A stretch of 32,000 bases of DNA from Longivirga aurantiaca (GTDB lineage Bacteria > Actinomycetota > Actinomycetes > S36-B12 > CAIYMF01), in contig NZ_JBHSTI010000008.1 in the NCBI RefSeq assembly GCF_042660085.1, forward strand, positions 2,295,604 through 2,327,603, read 5' to 3'. Shown one piece after another: positions 26,304-32,000 of the stretch (positions within the stretch are counted from its first letter, which is position 1; each line of letters begins with the position of its first letter). Under the pieces are notes generated by a model, which saw nothing but the letters and a program-made list of their open reading frames with translations, was not told the DNA's origin and made no database searches. Position numbers and translations under genes: made by a program.

Positions 26304-27206
26304 TCAGGCGCGGGTGGGTGCTGACGCCGTGACGAGGCCGGTGGCCGAGGCATCGGTGTGGTCGTCGAGGCCGGCCGTGCGCCCGAGACCCTTCGCGCCC
26401 TTCAGGAGCAGGACCACGAGGAAGACCGCGGCGTTGACGAGCACGATGGTCGTGCCCGACGGGATCTCGAGCTGGTACGAGAGGTACATGCCGACCGCGC
26501 CGGCCGCGGTGCCGAGCGCGGTGGCGATCCAGAGCATGCGCCCGAACGAGTCGGTCAGCATGCGGGCGACGACCGGCGGGATCACCAGGGTGGCCGCGAC
26601 GAGGGTGACGCCGATGATCGAGAGCGTCGCGAGGATCGACATCGACAGCACGACCATGAGGATCGTGTCCATGAGGCCGACGTTGACGCCGGACACCTTG
26701 GCCACCTCGGGGTCGAAGGTCGAGAACAGCAGCTGGCGGTAGAGGACGGTGAAGATGGCGATGGTGCCGAGGAAGACGCCGCCGAGCAGCAGGAGGTCGC
26801 CGATCGAGACGCCGTTGATGCTGCCGAACAGGAGGCTGTCGAACGCCGGGCCCTTGTTGCCGAACTTCGTCAGCAGCGCCACACCGAGCGCGAACGAGGC
26901 GGTCGTGACGACGCCGATCGCGGCGTCGGCGCCGATGCGGTGCCGACGCGTGACGGCGTTGATCGCGAGGGCCGAGGCGAGCCCCCAGAGCCCGGCGCCC
27001 AGGACGATCGGGATGCCGAGCAGGGGCGCCGCGGCGTACCCGCCGAAGATCGCGTGCGAGAGGCCGTGGCCGATGTAGCTCATGCCGCGCAGGGTGATGA
27101 AGACGCCGATCAGCCCGCAGAGGCCGCCCGCGAGCAGGGCGGCGACCAGGCCCTTGATGAAGAACTGGTACTGGAACGGGTCGAGCAGCGTCTCGAGGAA
27201 GGTCAT
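26304..27206 (-). CDS. Metal (Mn/Zn-type) ABC transporter permease
   Basis: PFQYQFFIKGLVAALLAGGLCGLIGVFITLRGMSYIGHGLSHAIFGG...SGVNVGLMDTILMVVLSMSILATLSIIGVTLVAATLVIPPVVAR: ABC-3 family. Confidence 0.94.
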   Translation of the reverse strand: MTFLETLLDPFQYQFFIKGLVAALLAGGLCGLIGVFITLRGMSYIGHGLSHAIFGGYAAAPLLGIPIVLGAGLWGLASALAINAVTRRHRIGADAAIGVVTTASFALGVALLTKFGNKGPAFDSLLFGSINGVSIGDLLLLGGVFLGTIAIFTVLYRQLLFSTFDPEVAKVSGVNVGLMDTILMVVLSMSILATLSIIGVTLVAATLVIPPVVARMLTDSFGRMLWIATALGTAAGAVGMYLSYQLEIPSGTTIVLVNAAVFLVVLLLKGAKGLGRTAGLDDHTDASATGLVTASAPTRA

Positions 27207-27994
27207 GACGCGGCCGGCTTCATCGTGACGTCGTCCATCGAGTCGACGACCACCGGGATGCCGAGGTGCTGCAGGATCTCCATCCGTGCGCCGAAGACCT
27301 CCTCGACCACCGCAGGCACGATGACCTCCGACGGCGGGCCGCTCGCGATCACGCGCGTGCGCAGGGCGAGCAGGTGCGGCAGGTGCGCGGCCATGCCGTT
27401 GAGGTCGTGCGTGGTGAGCACGATCGCGAGGCCCTCACGGTTGAGGTCGTCGAGCAGGTGCAGCACCTCGTGCCGCGTCTGCACGTCGACACCGCTGGTG
27501 GGCTCGTCGAGCAGGAGCATCTGCGGACGGCGTACGAGGGCGCGGGCGAGGAACATCCGCTGCTGCTGGCCGCCGGAGAGCTCGCGGATGTGGCGCGCGC
27601 CCAGGTCGGCGATGCCCAGCCGCTCGAGGACGTCGGCGACCTCGGCGCGCTCGGCCTTGCTGGCGCGAGGGATCGGACGACGGGCCGGCCGCGACATGAG
27701 CACGCAGTCGTTGACCGTGACGGGGAAGTTCCAGTTGACCGTCTCGAGCTGCGGCACGTAGCTCACGGACACGCCGGCCGCCCGGGTGACCGAGCCGCGC
27801 TGCGGCTTCTCGGTGCCGAGCAGCAGCTTGAGCAGCGTCGTCTTGCCCGAGCCCGACGGTCCGACGATGCCGGTGAACTGCCCGGGCATCACGGCGTACG
27901 AGACGTCGCTGAGCACGGCGTGGTGGCCGTAGCCGAAGCTCGCGTGCGAGACGTCGACCAGGGGGGTCGTGGCGGAGATCGGAGACTGGGTCAC
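27203..27994 (-). CDS. Metal (Mn/Zn-type) ABC transporter ATP-binding protein
   Basis: GIVGPSGSGKTTLLKLLLG, LSGGQQQRMFLARALVRRPQMLLLDEPTSGVD; GTG at 27994 overlaps the upstream gene stop (27991). Confidence 0.94.
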   Translation of the reverse strand: MTQSPISATTPLVDVSHASFGYGHHAVLSDVSYAVMPGQFTGIVGPSGSGKTTLLKLLLGTEKPQRGSVTRAAGVSVSYVPQLETVNWNFPVTVNDCVLMSRPARRPIPRASKAERAEVADVLERLGIADLGARHIRELSGGQQQRMFLARALVRRPQMLLLDEPTSGVDVQTRHEVLHLLDDLNREGLAIVLTTHDLNGMAAHLPHLLALRTRVIASGPPSEVIVPAVVEEVFGARMEILQHLGIPVVVDSMDDVTMKPAAS

Positions 27995-29007
27995 TGGGGG
28001 TAGTCCGCCTTGTCGGGTGCGACATCGGAGACGTCGAGCGCGTCGAGCGCGTCGGTCGTGCCGCCGAGCCCCTGGATCATCGTCACGTAGTCGTAGCGCA
28101 TGAGGCCGAGCCACGAGTGCTCGGCGTCCCCGGGTGCGCCCGGCAGGTCGTCGTCGCGCAGTGTGTCCTCGTAGCGGGCGCCGGTCTCGGCTGCGATCTG
28201 CTCGAGCACCTTGGACGGGAAGACCTCGGAGCCGAAGATGACGGGCACGTTCTCGGCCTTGATCTGGTCGACCAGGCGGGCGATCTCCTTGGGCTGCGGG
28301 TCCTCGAAGTTCGAGGGCTGCACGGCGCCGATCACCTTCCAGCCGTACGTCTTGGCGAAGTACGCGTAGGCGTCGTGGTAGGTCAGCAGCTCGAGGCCGC
28401 CCTCGGGCACGGTGGTCTGGTCCTTCTTCAGCGCGTCCGACAGCGCGGTGGCCTTGGCCACGAACGCCTCGTAGTTGGTCGTGTAGTAGTCGGCGTTGGC
28501 CGGGTCCTTGGCCGCGACCGTGTCCTTGATGACCGCGGCGTACTTGATCGCGTACGTCGGGTCGGTCCACAGGTGCGGGTTGGGCTTGCCGTCCTCCTTC
28601 GGGAAGGAGAAGTCGTAGATGTACTCCGACTCCGGCAGCACGGTGTCGCCGATCTTCACGATCGTGGCGTTGCTGGCGTTCTCCTCGGCGAGCTGGAACG
28701 TCGGCTCCTCGAGCTGCAGGCCGTTGACGAAGACGATGTCGGCCTTCTCCATCGTGGCCGCGACCTGCGGCGGGGGGTCGAAGGTGTGGCTGTTGGTCCC
28801 CTCGGGCACGATCCCGACCACCTGGGCGCGGTCGCCCACGATGTTCGCGGCGATGCTCGTGATCGGGGCCACCGTGGTGACGATCACCATCCCTGTGCCG
28901 CCGCCGGGCGACTCCGCGTCCGAGGCGTTGGAGCCGCAGGCTGCGAGGAGGAGGGCGCTGCCGAGGCCGAGGACTGCGAGCAGCGGGCGGGAGGAGCGGG
29001 AGATCAC
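27991..29007 (-). CDS. Metal ABC transporter substrate-binding lipoprotein (ZnuA/MntA type)
   Basis: Lipobox LLLAACGS; IVTTVAPITSIAANIVGDRAQVVGIVPEGTNSHTFDPPP...NPHLWTDPTYAIKYA...TYHDAYAYFAKTYG. Confidence 0.94.
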   Translation of the reverse strand: MISRSSRPLLAVLGLGSALLLAACGSNASDAESPGGGTGMVIVTTVAPITSIAANIVGDRAQVVGIVPEGTNSHTFDPPPQVAATMEKADIVFVNGLQLEEPTFQLAEENASNATIVKIGDTVLPESEYIYDFSFPKEDGKPNPHLWTDPTYAIKYAAVIKDTVAAKDPANADYYTTNYEAFVAKATALSDALKKDQTTVPEGGLELLTYHDAYAYFAKTYGWKVIGAVQPSNFEDPQPKEIARLVDQIKAENVPVIFGSEVFPSKVLEQIAAETGARYEDTLRDDDLPGAPGDAEHSWLGLMRYDYVTMIQGLGGTTDALDALDVSDVAPDKADYPQ

Positions 29008-29036
29008 CGGGGAAGCCTAACGTCGTCGAGGCCTTA

Positions 29037-29053
29037 TTGCGAACTGTTTGCAA
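29037..29053. promoter_or_regulatory. Candidate palindromic operator upstream of the metal ABC operon
   Basis: TTGCgAACtGTTtGCAA, interrupted palindrome in an AT-richer stretch 30 bp upstream of the substrate-binding protein start at 29007. Confidence 0.5.
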
Positions 29054-29199
29054 CTGGCAGCGATGTGCATCCCCGCCAGGTGCCACTCTCAGACACTTCG
29101 GAGCCCGCCGCATCCTGGATTGGCTGACGATCCGGTGACGTCGGGACGTCGTTAGGCTCGGCGCACCCCGATCAGGCCCGTCGAACCGCAGGAGCTCCC

Positions 29200-29679
29200 G
29201 TGACCGTCCGACTCGAGCCCGGCGACGCCGCTCCCCCGCTCGGCCTGCCCGACGACACCGGCGTGGTGCACGACTGGAAGGACCACAGGGGCGAGCGCGT
29301 GGTCCTCTACGTCTACCCCGCGGCGATGACCCCCGGCTGCACGAAGCAGGCCTGCGACTTCCGCGACTCGCTCGACTCCCTGGCCGCCGCCGGCATCACC
29401 GTGCTCGGCCTCTCGCCGGACAAGCCCGAGAAGCTCGCGCAGTTCCGCGAGCGCGACAGCCTCACGTTCCCGCTGCTGTCGGACCCGTCGAAGGACGTGC
29501 TCACGGCGTACGGCGCGTTCGGCGAGAAGAAGCTCTACGGCAAGACGGTCGTCGGCGTGATCCGGTCGACCTTCGTCGTGACGGTGGACGGCCGGGGCAA
29601 GGCCGTGATCGAGCATGCGTTCTACAACGTCAAGGCCACCGGCCACGTCGCCAAGCTGCGCAAGGACCTGGGCGTCTGA
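29200..29679 (+). CDS. Peroxiredoxin, Bcp/PrxQ-like thiol peroxidase
   Basis: VVLYVYPAAMTPGCTKQACDFRDSLDSLAAAGITVLGLSPDKPEKLAQFRERDSLTFPLLSDP: peroxidatic Cys in TPGCTKQACDFRD. GTG start. Confidence 0.94.
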   Translation: MTVRLEPGDAAPPLGLPDDTGVVHDWKDHRGERVVLYVYPAAMTPGCTKQACDFRDSLDSLAAAGITVLGLSPDKPEKLAQFRERDSLTFPLLSDPSKDVLTAYGAFGEKKLYGKTVVGVIRSTFVVTVDGRGKAVIEHAFYNVKATGHVAKLRKDLGV

Positions 29680-29691
29680 CCCTGCCGGGCG

Positions 29692-30003
29692 TCAGGACTC
29701 GAGGGGGTAGCCCGACATGAACCACGCCTGGGTGCCGCCGAGCACGTTGACGACGTCGTACCCCTGCGGCTCGAGCCACGCGGCCACCTGGCCCGACCGG
29801 CCTCCGACCGCGCACACGAGGTAGACCGTCCGATCCTTCGGGATGTCCTGCAGGCGCACGGGGACGGTGTGCATCGGCACGAGGACGGCGCCGGGCACGC
29901 GGCCCGCGGCGTACTCGTCGGGGTTGCGGACGTCGACCACCGGGGTGGTCGGGTCGGCCTCGAGGATCGCGGCGAGCTCGGCCACGGAGACGTCGGCGGG
30001 CAC
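29692..30003 (-). CDS. Single-domain rhodanese-like sulfurtransferase
   Basis: VVDVRNPDEYAAGRVPGAVLVPMHTVPVRL...VYLVCAVGGRSGQVAAWLEPQGYDVVNVLGGTQAW: catalytic loop CAVGGRS. Confidence 0.92.
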   Translation of the reverse strand: MPADVSVAELAAILEADPTTPVVDVRNPDEYAAGRVPGAVLVPMHTVPVRLQDIPKDRTVYLVCAVGGRSGQVAAWLEPQGYDVVNVLGGTQAWFMSGYPLES

Positions 30004-30077
30004 AGGGAACTCCAGGGGCGTCGGGGCGGTGCGAGCAGCCTAGGACAGCCCCGGTCGTCGGCCGGACAAGATACGGG

Positions 30078-30374
30078 TCAGGCCAGCGACAGGAAGAGCT
30101 TCTCGAGGCGCGCCCGGTCGAGAGCGGGCGTCTCGCCCTTGCTCTCGGCCTCGAGGCACATCTCGAGGCCGCAGGCGACGACGCTGAACGCCGCGCGGTC
30201 GACGGCCTTGGAGGCTGCGGACAGCTGGGTGACGATGTCGGAGCAGTCGCGGTCGGCCTCGATCATGGCGATGACGCCGTCGAGCTGTCCGCGGGCCCGC
30301 TTGAGGCGGGCGATGACGGCCTTGGCCGCCTCGGGGTGCATCGACGCGCTCGCTCCGGTGGGCGTAGGACTCAT
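30078..30374 (-). CDS. CsoR/FrmR/CstR-family repressor, CstR-like Cys pattern
   Basis: AVIARLKRARGQLDGVIAMIEADRDCSDIVTQLSAASKAVDRAAFSVVACGLEMCLE; ATG at 30374. Confidence 0.88.
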   Translation of the reverse strand: MSPTPTGASASMHPEAAKAVIARLKRARGQLDGVIAMIEADRDCSDIVTQLSAASKAVDRAAFSVVACGLEMCLEAESKGETPALDRARLEKLFLSLA

Positions 30375-30379
30375 GGCGG

Positions 30380-32000
30380 TCACGATGCCATCACCGGCGC
30401 CTTCTGGCCCGGCATCCGCGCAGCGCCACGCTGGAGGACGAGGCCGGGCCGCTGCGCGCGGAGCGTCATCAGCCCTCCGTCCAGGCTCGCGGAGTCGAAG
30501 CCGTTCTGGGCCAGAACGCGGTGCGCGAGGTACGACCGGAAGCCGCTGGCGCACAGGACGCGCACGGGTCGACCGGCCGCGGCCTGGCGCACGTCGTCGA
30601 GGTGGTCGCGCAGCTCGGTGTGCGGCACGTTGTACGAGCCGGGCAGGTGCCCGCCCTCCACCTCGACCTCCGACCGGACGTCGAGGAGCAGGACGTCGTC
30701 CCCGAAGCCGTCGAGGTCGTCCGGGCCCCAGGCCCGGAGCGTGCCGTCGAGGATGTTCTGGGCCATGAAGCCGGCCATGTTGACCGGGTCCTTCGCGCTG
30801 CCGAACGGCGGCGCATAGGCGAGCTCGAGCTCGGCGAGGTCGTCGACGGTCATGCCCGCGCGCAGCGCGGTGGCGATGACGTCGATGCGCTTGTCGACGC
30901 CGTCCTTGCCCACCGCCTGAGCGCCGAGCACGCGACCCTCCGGCGTGAACAGCAGCACGAGGTGCACCGGCTTGGCCCCGGGGTAGTAGCCGGCATGGCT
31001 TCCGGGGTGCAGGTGGACGACGTGGTGCTCGACACCGGCCGCCGTGAGCCGGCGCGACGTCGGACCGGTGACAGCCGCAGTGAGGCCGAAGACCTTCACG
31101 ACGGCGGTGCCGAGCACAGGCTGGGAGGTGCGCGCCCGACCGAGGATCGAGTCGGCGGCGGTGCGGCCCTGGCGGTTGGCCGGGCCGGCGAGCGGCACGA
31201 CGCCGGGCACGCCGGTGACGGCGTCGATCACCTGGATCGCGTCACCGACGGCCCAGATGCTCGGGTCGCTCGTGCGCTGGTCAGCGGTGACCACGACGGC
31301 GCCGCGGTCGGACAGCTCGAGGCCGGCGTCGCGGGCGAGGGCGGTCGACGGCTTCACGCCGACGCCGAGCAGCACGACGTCGGCCGCGAGCCGGGAGCCG
31401 TCGGCGAGGACGACGTCGACCGGGTGGTCGGTGGTCGAGTCCTCGACGGCTGCGAAGCCGGTGCCGACGCGGACGTCGACGTGGTGCAGGCGGAGCTCGG
31501 CCTCGACGAGCGCCGCCATCTCGGCATCGATCGCGGGCAGCACCTGCGGCGCCATCTCGACGAGGGTGACGTCGAGGCCGCGGCGGCGGAACGCCTCCAC
31601 GGTCTCGAGGCCGATGAAGCCCGCGCCGATGACGACAGCCTTCTGCGCGCCGGCCGCGAGCATCGCGCGCAGGACGTCGGCGTCCGGCACGGTGCGCAGC
31701 GTGCGCACCTGCGGGCGGTCGAGCCCGGGCAGCGGGGGGACGATCGGGTCGGCGCCTGTGGCGAGCACGAGCGCGTCGTACGGCAGCACGACGTCGACGT
31801 CGTGGACGAGATCGCGAGCAGTGACCGTCCTGCCCTCGCGGTCGATCGAGCGCACGTCGTGGTGCACGCGGACGTCGAGGTCGAGGGACGATTCGAGGCT
31901 GTCGGGGGTGTGCAGCAGCAGGGCGTCCCGGTGCGGGATCTCGCCGCCCACGTGGTACGGCAGGCCGCAGTTGGCGAAGGAGACCTCGCCTCCGCGCTCG
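30380..32000 (-). CDS. CoA-disulfide reductase-like FAD/NAD(P)-dependent oxidoreductase with C-terminal rhodanese domain (N-terminus beyond window)
   Basis: Frame stays open to the right edge, giving ERGGEVSFANCGLPYHVGGEIPHRDALLLHTPDS (CoADR-type active-site Cys), NAD(P) site VVIGAGFIGLETVEAFRRRG, FAD site ASDPSIWAVGDA-like, and C-terminal LLDVRSEVEVEGGHLPGSYNVPHTELRDHL...VRVLCASGFRSYLAHRVLAQNGF. Confidence 0.92.
   Translation of the reverse strand, partial: ERGGEVSFANCGLPYHVGGEIPHRDALLLHTPDSLESSLDLDVRVHHDVRSIDREGRTVTARDLVHDVDVVLPYDALVLATGADPIVPPLPGLDRPQVRTLRTVPDADVLRAMLAAGAQKAVVIGAGFIGLETVEAFRRRGLDVTLVEMAPQVLPAIDAEMAALVEAELRLHHVDVRVGTGFAAVEDSTTDHPVDVVLADGSRLAADVVLLGVGVKPSTALARDAGLELSDRGAVVVTADQRTSDPSIWAVGDAIQVIDAVTGVPGVVPLAGPANRQGRTAADSILGRARTSQPVLGTAVVKVFGLTAAVTGPTSRRLTAAGVEHHVVHLHPGSHAGYYPGAKPVHLVLLFTPEGRVLGAQAVGKDGVDKRIDVIATALRAGMTVDDLAELELAYAPPFGSAKDPVNMAGFMAQNILDGTLRAWGPDDLDGFGDDVLLLDVRSEVEVEGGHLPGSYNVPHTELRDHLDDVRQAAAGRPVRVLCASGFRSYLAHRVLAQNGFDSASLDGGLMTLRAQRPGLVLQRGAARMPGQKAPVMAS

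Noticed and set aside
1-32000. Search for defence systems, prophage, IS elements, CRISPR arrays and biosynthetic clusters
   Set aside because: No transposase, integrase, Cas, toxin-antitoxin, restriction-modification or NRPS/PKS signatures found in any frame; the AAA+ and VWA pair at 1407-3666 is explained by its cox-type context, not by a MoxR-VWA conflict system.

Overview
High-GC, densely coding actinobacterial chromosomal DNA (my guess is a Cellulomonas/Micrococcales-type genome). The window looks largely like core and metabolic genome. I see no transposases, integrases, phage genes, CRISPR arrays or recognisable defence system. Left to right it contains: the 3' end of a CO/xanthine-dehydrogenase large subunit followed by maturation genes (XdhC/CoxI fused to a YHS domain, MoxR-like AAA+ ATPase, CoxE-like VWA protein); a threonine aldolase; two same-strand paralogous secreted metzincin-type metalloproteases separated by orn and tRNA-His; a small membrane protein; a PLDc_N/SHOCT protein; an arginine deiminase pathway block (permease, arcA, arcB); a DUF1761 protein; an SLC13-type/TrkA_C transporter; a divergent Gre-factor homologue; an isochorismatase-like hydrolase with pxpA-pxpB-pxpC; a ~48 aa small protein; tRNA-Lys(CTT); a PPOX-type flavin/F420 oxidoreductase; a DUF5666-like protein; DoxX-like and SDR proteins; a solitary GroES-like protein; a DUF3618-like protein; an Mn/Zn-type ABC transporter; a peroxiredoxin; and a sulfur-handling block (rhodanese, CsoR/CstR-like repressor, CoA-disulfide-reductase-like oxidoreductase with C-terminal rhodanese). 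I did not find a convincing novel system. The observations most worth following up are the two paralogous proteases flanking orn/tRNA-His, the XdhC-YHS fusion, the Gre homologue lacking the usual acidic-tip motif, three 11-bp iterons upstream of a tiny conserved-looking ORF, two long intergenic palindromes, and the putative persulfide-response module at the right edge.
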